NCBI GenBank assembly: GCA_023920165.1
Contig: CP089276.1
Location: forward strand, 1,426,001-1,490,000
DNA length: 64,000 nt
Reading direction: 5' to 3'
Source: Curvularia clavata
Taxonomy: Eukaryota
Shown here: positions 48,286-59,556 of the stretch, in pieces
How the letters are laid out: every line of letters starts with the position of its first letter
How positions within the stretch are numbered: the first letter of the stretch is position 1
The notes under the pieces: generated by a model
The model's database searches: none
What the model saw: only the letters and a program-made list of their open reading frames with translations
What the model was told of the DNA's origin: nothing
Made by a program: the position numbers and the translations under genes

Positions 48286-49775
48286 CTACTGTTTATCCGG
48301 GTAGCCCATCCGAGCCTCGTCTTCGGCTGTACCAAAACCTCCCCAGCCTTCAAACTCATCGGCAAACTTGACTGCCGCATTGAGCCAATGGCTTGACGCA
48401 TCTTCTGAAGCTCCCCATGTCTCTTCTGCCACCTTCATAGCCCTCAGTGCTTCGTTTTGTTAGCGAAAGTACAGCATCCATGCAGATCTCTCTGGCTTAC
48501 CTTTGACGTAGTGCGCATCAATCGCATGGGGTCCGTTTAACGCCTTGTCCACAACGTGCTTCCAAGTCTTATTGCTGTCCTTGCCCGGAATTGCCTTGCT
48601 CATGTCGATCTCTGGTCGCGTCTGGGCAATGTAAACTGCAAGTGCGAATAGCCACCATTGTCGTAACAGGCTGATGTGGTACTTGGCTGGTATCAAAGGA
48701 AGTAAGATGCGAATGGCGTGTGAGCTGGTGAGCACATGGACAATGAAAAAGTCAAACCTGCCCTGAGCAGGAGCTGGCGTGCCCACCAAAAGCCCCATGC
48801 CGAGCTCCTGTGCCGCACGGAATTGTTCGGTTGGATTGGTGATATCCCAGGCGTTCCAATATTCTAGAAATGCCTCCTCTTGCTGTTCGAGTACTTTTGT
48901 GATATCGCCGCTTCTACGGTCGTAAAGACCATCAAACCGGCTGTCTTTGCGTACCTTCTCCAGTACTTCAACCAGACTTGTCTGGGCCCCGACCGCACTA
49001 TGGGGGCTAGGTTTGGTGTATTTGGGATCGTCAATGTACTTGTGCAGAGAGCTGTAGAAGCACGAGCCCATAGCCAGAGCCTCAATTGCGACTGTCTTGG
49101 AATTGAGCTCATATGCGTATCCCAGGTGAATGAGAGGATGTGCGACTGCGTGGTTAGTAGAACGCTAAGATTGTTAGGGATTAAACATACGTCCGGAAAT
49201 CAAGCCATTGATCAACGGCTCCTTGCCTTTGAACAGAAACTCTTCAAGAACTTGGTCGACACTGTACTTCTTGCTAACGAGCTGATCCTCGAAGAAATCA
49301 ATAAAGGCGCGTTGGTATCTGGAGCATAAAGTCAGCAGCCATGGCAGCATAATATATGTTAGTGACCTACTCCCGCTTTCCTAGAAAGTCGCGCCAGTCA
49401 TCCTTGGTAATCTCGCCCGGCGCGTCACGCCAGGGTTCCAGCTCTTCAGCCTCCTTTTCATAGATTTCGTTCAAATGCTCAGCAGTGCCTCCGAGAAGGT
49501 ACGCCGATCCAAGAATCTACATGACATGCTTAGCAGCTGCAGACTTTGCTGAGTGAGCAGCATACGTGTGGCGTGTGGTTGTGGAACCTGAGGTTGTGAT
49601 ATATGATTGCGTAGTTGGCGTGGTTTGCTTTGAGCAGATGCTTTAGGGTTCGTGGTCGCTTGTCAGCAGCGGTTTCAATATCATGGATTTCCACAGAGGG
49701 CAGATCGACGGTTAGATGCGACCCCTCGCCCACACGGAGGAAGGATGGCAGCGATATTCTCGGTAAACTGAACAT
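48286..49775 (-). CDS. Questin-oxidase-like / HypA-like (DUF4243) protein, multi-exon
   Basis: FHNHTPH/ILGSAYLLG, HPLIHLGYAYE, FDFFIVHVLTSSHA and DAHYVK/ALRA motifs; four short introns. Confidence 0.85.
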
Positions 49776-50299
49776 TTTGCGCGGTGGTGTCAGGAGATCC
49801 AAAAGAGCTTGCGGGGAAGAGGCGTAAGAACGAGCTCCTGTTGCGCCTTCCTCGATCTGGTATGACGTGATGTTCGCAGGGCTTAGTGGGGCCGGTATTG
49901 TCGGAACACCGAAGTCTCAACTTCACCAAACTGCTTGTTGCCTTTTCATGCGCCTTGCGCTCTGGCCACTTACTTTAGGCGCTTCTAGACCTTGTTTCAT
50001 GTCCTTTACCCGGTCAGGAAGGTTTGGACGCGCGTTGATTTCTGCGACCCTTTTCAGTGAGAGGCTAGACTCTTGTAAATCTAGCCCTCCACTTATTTCT
50101 AACGGGTATGTCCATGTTTGCTCATCCACCTGGTCTTATTCTCTGACATATTATTCGGCTGATGTCTGATTACGCGGAAAACTGACAATATTGATTCTGG
50201 CTGCGTCTTGACAAATGCAAGCATTATCCTGGGCCTGATTTGCTATTACTTGCGAGCTCTTTTTTTGCTTCGTCAAAAAAGTTTGCAGTAATCAACAGG

Positions 50300-53100
50300 C
50301 ACTTACTCCTACCCTTTTAGGTAAAGTATTGGTTTACACGATTCGGGACAGATGGAATCTACTTTACTCCAACTCAAGAGTAGTGCGCGAGCATCCAAGA
50401 GTTAAAGTATTGCAGGACTTCTGATCAAGCACGCCGACGGAACCACAGATCCAGGAACAGTACAAGTCCAATACCGACCGTGACGCAGACGATAATGCCG
50501 AACATCGCGCATATTATGCAGCCAAAATCGATGACGACTTCAATCCCAGCAGTTGCGCCCCCAGGACATGGAGGAGCCTTTCAACTACGGACTACAGACC
50601 GAGGTGGAAGACGATGAGTTCGAAAGTTCAATGGCATCTTTGGTGAACTATATCGCTCAATCCTTGTGGGAAGACGATTGCCACTGGGAACCCCACACAG
50701 TTGCTCAAATTGTGCACGAATATTCGAACCGAGAATCAACTTGCACTACCATTTCGAGGTGGAATATCGCGGCCGGGATATATTGGCTAGTGGAGTCTAC
50801 GTCACTTGGTCTCCACCAACGAAAAACGTCCCATGTGAAAGAAGCACCAGATCGACAGCGCCAGTTCCACCAGGAGGATTAAGAGGAACATATAACTAGT
50901 GCTTCCTGATAGCGCAAGCCAAAGTCGGGAAAAATACAGCTCCGCTGGACATCACACCGGATACTGGCGCAGTATACTCCTTGGTGGACCGGAATATTAT
51001 CCAGGAACACCTTCTAAATGCACAATGGACACCATGGCAGCAACCAATCTCAACCGGAGCTGTGAGCAAGGACAAGGTGGAGTCGAAGCAGTCGATGTAT
51101 CGGACATTATACCTACCCTCCCGGGATTCATCTGGGCAGGCATGCGACATGCTATGGAGAGTAGCGTTGCTCATCCTTGACCACATAGCCCCAAACATCC
51201 TGCTGGGTATGGATACACCGGCACAATAGGAATTCATCATGGATTTGAGGAATAAGAGGATGATCCAGCCGGCATGCGGCGCAGTGATCACGCCAGTGAC
51301 GTTCCTAGCTAAACATCAGGACAAAGACCAGCAAGATCACGACAAAAGAGCAGACAATCATCCCGGCCCACAGGGCTATCAGAGCATCTATATGCATCTT
51401 AAAGAACATGATCTTATGCTCAAACCAGGATTGCGTGTTGCAAGCCGAAGAACGACCCACCACAGAACGCATCAATCTAGAACGCAATAATCCGGGGCAA
51501 TACAGCCCACGTTCTACTACAGAACGACATATCTCACCCAAAGAACATAACGAGAAGATCACCAGTAGGACGGGCTGTTCCGGCTGACCTCGATACCGGA
51601 TACGCAATGGACCCGAAAACCACGTGAAAGGGGACCCGCTCCCGGACATGGAAGACTCCGACATCCCAGAAGTGGACGACGAGGTCAACCCAGTCGCATG
51701 GTTGAAAAAAGGTCAATGACTTCCTGGATGACTATTGCTTCTCATTTGTGACATGGGAGGAAACTCCTTTTCCACCGCAGTATGGCACCCGGAAGCGAAC
51801 GGACAGAGCAAGAGAAGGGTGGAAACAACACTCCGGTACTTCATCACAGAACACCGGGAGCCATATTACATAGAAGCCATATTAAGTAGAGGCGATACCA
51901 TCCATATAATCTATATACAATTCAAACCAGAATGTCTAAACAAGTGTGATATCTTCTGAATACTTTCTTGGCTTGACCCGTATGACGGTTACCAGCTGTG
52001 ACGGACTGACCCGGAAAGAACATACAGCAGCGCCACTGCAATACCGGGATGTAGCTGAGGAATTGATAGCGTCCGCACGCGTAGAGTGAAAATTTCACTT
52101 TGATAAAAATGCCAGCCACAATGATTGAAACCAGGAGGCCAAGACTTCCTACGCTTAGACGATGGATGAAAACCGGCTGGACAAATTGATCGCAAACTGA
52201 ACAGGTAATGCGAAGGACACGTGCAAGTTATCGAAAAAATCGGCAACAATGCATACCGGGTCGAGAGACCAACCGGGATGAAAATCAACGATCTGGTCAC
52301 AGCGCATCAACTCGAGCCCATGCCTCCCGGTCAGGCACGATGGCGCCGACAAAGGATTCTATACTATTGAGTATAATATTAAATTGAGAACCAACATGCA
52401 AACCGGAGAAACCGAATATCAATTGAACTGTCAAACTCATGGTGAGCCGGGAACAGCGAAAGAAATGCGACGGGACTACAACCAAAGCCATCCCATGACA
52501 ATCCGGGATAAGCGCATCCAGAAACGGATGCCTGTAAGGTTGTCAAAAGCAATCGTAAATGACGAAAACCGGGAAATAAAGAATATTAATAACGAGGATG
52601 AGGTATTCGAGATGGACGAACCACGAGAGCGAACCCCCCATCTTCTAGACCATTAGACTCTAAAACCAGGAGATACGCTCACCATTACAACCGGGAACTT
52701 CAACTTCACTATCGCTAATCAGAGAACTTCCACACCCATACACGCCCCGGAGCAAGCTGATATACAAGTGAGACGCCAGTCAGCCAGAAATGCGGCGAGC
52801 ATATGGCAGGAGTGCCATAACGCCATTATTACCGGGACACTATTATCTCACAAGTGAGAGAATATACGTTACTGTTGCCTTACAAGTAAGAGAACACCCG
52901 TTACTATTATCTCATAAGTGAGAGAACCAAAGATACACAAACACGAAAGTCCCCAAACCCAGCCAGCACCTAAACATATACAACCATACAACAATATGTT
53001 CCAGGATACGCCAGAGACACAGCCCAAGCCAAAGATGCACGAACACGAAAGTCCCCAAACCCAGCCAGCACCAGTGCTGTCTAGAACCCATAAAATTCCC
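50300..53100 (+). mobile_element. Degenerate Gypsy (possibly chromovirus-like) retrotransposon relic, internally deleted
   Basis: Protease DTGA...ILLGMD (~50960-51215), integrase STAVWHPEANGQS..VETTLRYF (~51770-51845), GPY/F-like EGHVQVIEKIGNNAYRV (~52210) and a chromodomain-like relic. 3' tandem repeats at 52838-53072. Boundaries approximate. Confidence 0.8.
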
Positions 53101-53104
53101 CTGC

Positions 53105-53155
53105 CCACCGGCGCGATCGCGCACTGGCGGGTTTGAAATGAGACGGTTCCGTTAA
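53105..53155 (+). pseudogene. Fragment duplicating the last 16 codons plus stop of the MscS gene
   Basis: [16 protein letters not shown] versus [16 protein letters not shown] at 43041-43091. Confidence 0.92.
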
Positions 53156-54118
53156 GTACTGTCTCTTTCTCTCTCCGCTCTCTCTACGACTAGTTAAACC
53201 GGGAAATAGCAAACAGCACTCTGCAAAACTATGGTTCTTTTTAAAAGTTGCTGTATTTATTATAATTACTTATTATTAGAAAATCACAAACCACAAAACT
53301 ACGGGATACAAAAGTAGCTGTAGTTGCCACAGTTACCTATTACCTATCTGCCATGTTTAAGCACACATGACTACTCTTAAAAGTAGCGGTAGTTGTCACA
53401 GTGTCTTTTTACTGCGCTGATAGTGTAGTCGACTTGGTCTCATTTCCCGGTTCAACTGTGCTGATAGCGTAGGTGACCTTGTTTGGACTTCCCGGTTCTT
53501 ACTGGTTGTGGCGGAGGATCTCTCCTTCTACCCAGATTCAGAGATTTTATCAAACCGGGAACTACTTTTTTCCTTTTCAAATTTTCTTATACATTCCGTT
53601 CTTTTCTATTTTTTCCTTAATTAAATAGATATGGACACTTTTATTTATTTATTTTGTAATCCCCCTCTTAAAGCGAATTTGGATTCTTAAGCAAGAAAAA
53701 GTAGGAGAAATTTTGTAATCCCGTTATTGACGCATAGAGCGAGAATGGACACCTTTTTTCTTTTATTTTTAAAAGGGGGATATATTTTCCTTAGAGGAAA
53801 AGATAGGAGTTTGTAGTATTTTGTCTTAGAAAAATAAAGTGCGATTAGTAAATTCATAAAGTAAGACTAATAGAGTCAAACAGTAGTACGCTAGGCTATT
53901 TATACCACTTCTTATTTTATAAGTTACTTTGTTAGCAATCACTTCAAGTAGACCAAAAAACAACATGTCACACAATTGAGGAGCAATACAGTCTCCCGGG
54001 TCAATCACCTTCACAAGAGAATAATCAGCAGTGCAGCATCCACAATCCATTTACTCGCCGCATCAACTAAAACAACTAGCATAGTCTCCAAATCGTGGTT
54101 CCGGATACGGATTCGACA
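53105..54118. repeat. Right arm of inverted duplication, ending next to the alpha-tubulin stop codon
   Basis: Homologous to 42192-43091, with one extra 68-bp unit and an extra ~44-bp tandem copy (53412-53504). The last ~45 bp align only loosely. Confidence 0.9.
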
Positions 54119-54122
54119 AAAC

Positions 54123-56084
54123 TTAGTACTCTCCCTCTTCGATACCCTCGTCATCGAGCGAGTCGTTCGCCACCTCCTGGAAAAATTGTCAGTCTTTTTC
54201 ATGATAAACGGAGCGGGAATGTCGACCTCGTAGTCTTTCTCGAGGGCTGCCAAATCTTCGCGGGCTTCGGAGAATTCACCCTCCTCCATGCCTTCACCAA
54301 CATACCAATGCACAAAGGCACGCTTCGAGTACATGAGATCGAACTTGTGGTCGAGACGGGACCAGGCTTCGGCAATGGCAGTGGTGTTGCTAAGCATGGC
54401 AACACTTCGGTCGACCGAAGCGAGTTCGCTGCCGGGAACGCTGATGGGCCTGTGGCTAGTTAGACATGAAGAATGAAGGTGGGAGTGGAAGGACCTACTT
54501 GGTGTAGTTAATTCCAAGCTTGAATCCAGTAGGGCACCACTCAACCAAGTTGAAGGAGGACTTGGCCTTGAGAGCAGCGGCGGCAGCAGAGCAGTCGCGG
54601 GGAACAATGTCACCACGGTACAGAAGCGCGACAGCCATGTACTTTCCATTGCGAGGATCGCAGACAACCATCTGGTTGTTGGGCTCAAAGCCTGCTCACA
54701 TTAGCAAAGTACATTTGTGGAATTGGCTGCGAAGGAAAACATACACTGGAAGGTAAGGTCGGAGACCTTGAAGCTCTCGTGAGAGCTCTTCTTGGCCGAG
54801 ATGACAGGGGCGTAACTGATGAGCGGGTAGTGGATACGGGGGTATGGGACCAAGTTGGTCTGGAACTCGTTCAGATCAACGTTGAGCGCACCGTCAAAAC
54901 GCAAACTGGAGGTGATGGAGCTGACAACCTGAGCGATCAGGCGGTTGAGGTGCTCGTAGTTGGGGCGGGGGATGTCCAAACTGCGTCTGCAGATGTCGTA
55001 GACAGCCTCGTTGTCGACCAGGAACGTGCAGTCGGAGTTCTCAATGGTGCTATGTGTCGAGAGAACAGCGTTGTAGGGCTCAACGACGGAGTTGGAGACA
55101 CGAGGAGCAGGGTAGACGGCGAATTCGAGCTTGCACTTCTTGCCGTAGTCGGTTGAGAGGCGCTCGAGCAGGAGCGCACCGAATCCAGAACCAGTGCCAC
55201 CACCGAAAGAGTGGAAGATGAGGAATCCCTGGAGGGAAGAGCAGTTGTCTGTGCTTGTCAGCAAGTAGAGTGGGCTGGTCGCAAGGAGAGTGCTTACCAG
55301 CGACGCGACGAATCTTCTCAATGACACTGTCGACCATCTCCTTGCCAATGGTGTAGTGACCACGGGCATCTGCTACCGTTAGCGGTTTTCCCTGTCCGGC
55401 GCATTTCCAGGTACGCACAGTTGTTGGCAGCATCCTCCTTTCCGCTGATCAACAGCTCAGGGTGGAACAATTGGCGGTAGGAGCCAGTTCGGATCTCGTC
55501 GATGGGCTGGTACCGTCAGCGCTTTTCTTTTGTCCAGTGTGGTGTCCACGTACAGAGGGGTCCAGGTCGACAAATATGGAACGGGGAACGTATTTGCCGC
55601 TGCTGGTCTCGGTGAAGAAGGTCTCGTAAGAGCCATTCTCACCAAGGTCCTTGGCCTCGGGGTTGGGGCGACCGTCGGGGAGGAGGCCGTGCTCGAGGAG
55701 GTAACTGAGTGTCGCGTCAGCTGTGAAACGGTCGATTTGGGGCGAATGTCGCGGCCGTCACGTACAGCTCCCAAGCACTGTTACCCAGCTGGGTTCCAGC
55801 TTGGCCGATGTGAAGGTGGCAGATCTGTGAAGGACCGTGTTAGCATTGTTTGTTTGTTTCCTCATGCAATCTTGGTGCGGCGTGGTTTTGTATGTGAGAA
55901 GCTCTCGCCCGAGTCTCTCGCCATGTCTCTCGACTTTCTGCTTTCAAGGCTGCAGGGGAGCGAGGATGATTGCTCGTACTTGGTCTCGTCGAGCGAGGTA
56001 CAAGCGGCGACTAGGGGATGGGAGCTAGCAGGGCGGGGCATGGCTTTGGAGGGCCAATTCAGGCGGACGTACCTCTCCTCGCAT
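54123..56084 (-). CDS. tubB: Alpha-tubulin (tubB/alpha-2 type, MRGE start), multi-exon
   Basis: [31 protein letters not shown] and [50 protein letters not shown]. Confidence 0.96.
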
Positions 56085-56459
56085 GGTGGATGGGTTGCTG
56101 TATCAAACAGACTGTCGAAAGGAACGTCGAGCGCTGGCAGGTCCTGTAGAAGTGCTCTAGGATCAGGCGGTGAGAAGGGCCGCGTTGGTCGTAGCTTGGT
56201 GGGGTTGATGCAGGGGCCGTTGTTTACGCGACGAGGCGTCTTTGCCCCATCCACGCCAGCGGGGAGACGGTGCACGTCCAGAGTGCCTTTGCAGGGCACA
56301 AAGCCCGGCATAATGTTATGCAGTGACCTAGTATCTCGCCGCAAAAAACAATTATCCTCTATGTATTAAATCATCTAGTTGTGCTATACAAGAATGAAAT
56401 CAGGGATATCTCATGTGCTATACTGTGCTTTGCCGTGCAGTAGCCCCGCCGTCTATATG

Positions 56460-58628
56460 CTAGTGACGACTCCTCTCATAGAACGCATCCACGTCTTCAC
56501 ACCCCTTTGGCGTCCGACATACTTTGCGCGCGTCCTCGGGTGCCGTCTTCCATATTACCTCTCGAACCTCTTTGCCAACCTTCTCAATGGCATCCATGGC
56601 CCAAATGACGTCTAAGTGCTCGTATCCTTCAATCACCTTGGCGTGCACCACGTCGACATGAGGCTCGCGACCACGTTCGAAGCGACGAAGAAGCCGACGC
56701 CCATCGACGAGATCGTCGGCACCGCACACCCATAGCGCAAAAGGAGGTGTTCCAGGCCCGTACCAAGCAAAGCGCTCGGCAGACTTGCGGTTGTCTTCAT
56801 TCTTCTCGTCCTCGCCAACACCATCAGCAGCTCGCACCTGTCCCCCCGTACCGCTTGGCTTCTTGCCCTCACGCTCTTTGTCTTCTCTGTCCTCGATTGC
56901 CTTTTCTTCTCGCGTGGCCAAGATGCACTTTTGCTTCGCAAAACACTCTCGTCCAAGCCACCATCGCATACTCTCTGCGCTCACATAGACGGGAGAGAAC
57001 TGGAACAGTCGGTCTCTTAGATCACGCTCCCAACGAGTATCTGACCAGTTGAACAAGAAGGCAAACACACGGTACCCCATTGCGCCGTAGAGCCTTCCTG
57101 GAAGGAGACTGTGCATCGTCATCATAAAGGGTATAAAGGCATGGATACCAAACACAGCGCGGAACATGTTTGGACTGATAACCTGCATGAACTTGAACTG
57201 CGCTTTGTCAATCAGACGCCCAGCATAGGCTGCGGGTGCCAGTGCGCAAAAGACGCTAATCTTCTCGCTGATTTCTGGACGCTGTTCCTTGGCAAGAGCG
57301 ACGAGAGTTTGCGTGGTGCCTTGACTGTGCGCAATGAGACCTAGCTTCTCAAAGCCTGTCTCCGAGAGCACACGTGAAATGAGTGCTGGCAAATCCATTA
57401 CACCCATTTGTCGAATATTCCAACTCCACATGCGAGGGTCGCCATAATCCAAGGTGCTATGCCGAGGCTTGAATCCGCATCGGTTGTTACCCAGCCAAAC
57501 GTCGTAACCAGATTTGGCAAGGAAGAATGCAAGACTATCGTCGTCATTTGTACAGTATGCGCCTGCTGACTGCAAGAGTCCATGGATCATGAGAACAGGA
57601 TACTTCTTGTTACCCGGCTCATGTTGCGAACCAGCAATGCCAGTCCTGTCGCTAGGAAACAACTCTGGTGAGTGCGGTGACCGCTGGTCAGGCTTTGTGC
57701 GCTTGTAGTCGCGGGGGTTATAAAGATGCCAGAGTTCAATGATGAAGCCATCTTCGGTCTGCACGTCGAAGATTTCGCAATCCAACCCAACCCGGCGCGC
57801 GTAATAGCGAGCATCGCAGACTAATGGATCGGGTCCTCCTTCCAAGGGTTCGTATTCTTCCGTCAAGTGCTTGTCTTCTCCACCTTCCAACTGCTTTTCT
57901 GACAAAATTTTGCCTTGTTTCTTCCAAGATTTCTCTGCCGCTCTCCTAGCTTGCCTCCGTTTGACCTCCTCGTTGTAGAATGGGCGTCGCTTTTCCGGGT
58001 TGCGAAAGGTGAGAAACAAGAACAGATGTTTTACCATGCCCGGAAGAGACGTGAATGCGGCACCCAGTATGATAACCAGGAGGAACAGAAAAGATAATAT
58101 ACTAGAGGAGAACCGAAAAAACCAACATTGGCATTTCCTCAGCAGTGTGGGAGGTCCATACATGGGTAACGGGGGAAATAAAGGATTGGTCTTCCAAGGC
58201 GCTTTGGAATCTCCCAAGGGCACATCTGACTTCCCCTCACCTTCAAGCTCGACTTCCTTGGGGAGAACTCCATGTACTGTCCCGTCTTTTGCTTCCCGTA
58301 ACCTGGGCGACAGGGGTGGTTGTTGTGTCGAATGGCCATCCTCGATTATGTTCCTTAACTCGTTGAGTTTTGTCGCTTCCTCGAGGGGCACAGCAGGTAA
58401 GCGGTGTCCGCCCGCCGTCTCAATCACAGGATCTTGCGGTGTTACAAAGTGCGCTTCAATGGCTTGTGTAGAGCCAGTTGTCTCATCTTCCTGTTCTGGC
58501 GTATACTGTCCCAGACGCTCGGCCTGTTGCGCAAACTCTACAGCCGCTTGGGTCTTGGATTTTTTGTCGTCATCTTCATGATGTAGTCGCTCCTCAACGC
58601 GACGCTTGGCCGCCGTTGCAGAGGGCAT
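56460..58628 (-). CDS. AB-hydrolase lipase / sterol esterase (Tgl1/Yeh-like)
   Basis: TEDGFII, HGLLQS, GYDVWLGNNR, nucleophile AHSQG, YEHLDVIWA and an N-terminal TM helix. Confidence 0.9.
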   Translation of the reverse strand: MPSATAAKRRVEERLHHEDDDKKSKTQAAVEFAQQAERLGQYTPEQEDETTGSTQAIEAHFVTPQDPVIETAGGHRLPAVPLEEATKLNELRNIIEDGHSTQQPPLSPRLREAKDGTVHGVLPKEVELEGEGKSDVPLGDSKAPWKTNPLFPPLPMYGPPTLLRKCQCWFFRFSSSILSFLFLLVIILGAAFTSLPGMVKHLFLFLTFRNPEKRRPFYNEEVKRRQARRAAEKSWKKQGKILSEKQLEGGEDKHLTEEYEPLEGGPDPLVCDARYYARRVGLDCEIFDVQTEDGFIIELWHLYNPRDYKRTKPDQRSPHSPELFPSDRTGIAGSQHEPGNKKYPVLMIHGLLQSAGAYCTNDDDSLAFFLAKSGYDVWLGNNRCGFKPRHSTLDYGDPRMWSWNIRQMGVMDLPALISRVLSETGFEKLGLIAHSQGTTQTLVALAKEQRPEISEKISVFCALAPAAYAGRLIDKAQFKFMQVISPNMFRAVFGIHAFIPFMMTMHSLLPGRLYGAMGYRVFAFLFNWSDTRWERDLRDRLFQFSPVYVSAESMRWWLGRECFAKQKCILATREEKAIEDREDKEREGKKPSGTGGQVRAADGVGEDEKNEDNRKSAERFAWYGPGTPPFALWVCGADDLVDGRRLLRRFERGREPHVDVVHAKVIEGYEHLDVIWAMDAIEKVGKEVREVIWKTAPEDARKVCRTPKGCEDVDAFYERSRH

Positions 58629-59442
58629 GTTGCGATGTGGAAACCCTAATTATGTAACGACAGTTGTGGGGAAATGAGTGGGATACGGAGCAGACGGCTA
58701 TTGGCAGAACAGGAACATTGGCCGACTCCGGGTGTGCCGTGAATGTATGCTAAGAAGTAGCAAGTGGGTGAGTGGCAAGGACGCATGGTAGCTTTTGTGG
58801 GTGAGTTGTGGGCGAGATGGGCCAGCCTGCGCCTTGGTTGGAGCGGCCCGTCATTACGTCAGGTGTAAATGGAAAGATGGTGACGAATCAACGACCCGCG
58901 GAAAGTCAATGCGTCTCAACGATAAAGTCCAGGACATCGGTAGCAAGATGAAGCTGCAGAGGGAAGCGAGATACACGTTAGCCTTTGCATAGGATAGCGC
59001 ATGGTACCCTATAGCAGCATGCGGCGACGTTGGCTTTGACACGTGCAGGGTCGACGGACTTGTCTCCGGTGACGGTGCATCCCAACGCCTGTACGTAGCT
59101 AATGATGCATCAAGGTGCGGACATACGCCTAGCTGAACAAATGAACACTGCAGAGCAAAGGGGGCATTATCTCGTAATTGGCGTGATGCGTTGAATACTG
59201 AGAGTATAGAATGGCTGCTGCTAGCAACAAGCCACCAATAAGTGCAGGCGAATAGCTCAACATGTGATAGAGCAGAAGCGGACCTCGTTTCCTCTGGAAT
59301 CCAAGTACATGAGTCGCGCCGTCGTCCCTTGACGCTACGATTGAATCGGTTTGGTGGCCTGGGGAGAGGATGGTAGTGTGTGGATGTCGGTGTTCAGGGA
59401 CGAGACCCATGTACTCGGAGCTGACGGCCATTGTTAGCTCTG

Positions 59443-59448
59443 CCGAGG
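59443..59448. promoter_or_regulatory. CCGAGG, candidate FarA/FarB (CTF1) fatty-acid response element
   Basis: Exact hexamer 109 bp upstream of the PEX6 ATG, in the divergent lipase/PEX6 intergenic region. Confidence 0.45.
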
Positions 59449-59556
59449 CAATACGGCTCCCATCTCACCTCCGACCGGACCGCATGCGCGCGCCAAACAA
59501 GGAGCCTATTGTTCACTCCTCTGTCCGTTGGGACAAACACTTCTACACAACTAACC

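Noticed and set aside
33800..53100. Starship or other giant cargo element
   Set aside because: No tyrosine-recombinase captain or typical cargo recognised. The genes inside are core-type and the rest is LTR debris.
53243..53401. Calling the 23-bp motif arrays CRISPR
   Set aside because: Eukaryotic context, only 2-3 units per array, no cas genes and partly related spacers. Reported as an unexplained repeat instead.
55825..56072. Long (~250 nt) first intron of alpha-tubulin with hairpins, considered as a snoRNA host
   Set aside because: Hairpins exist (gcttgtac/gtacgagc), but there is no correctly placed H box or ordered C/D boxes and no target was found.
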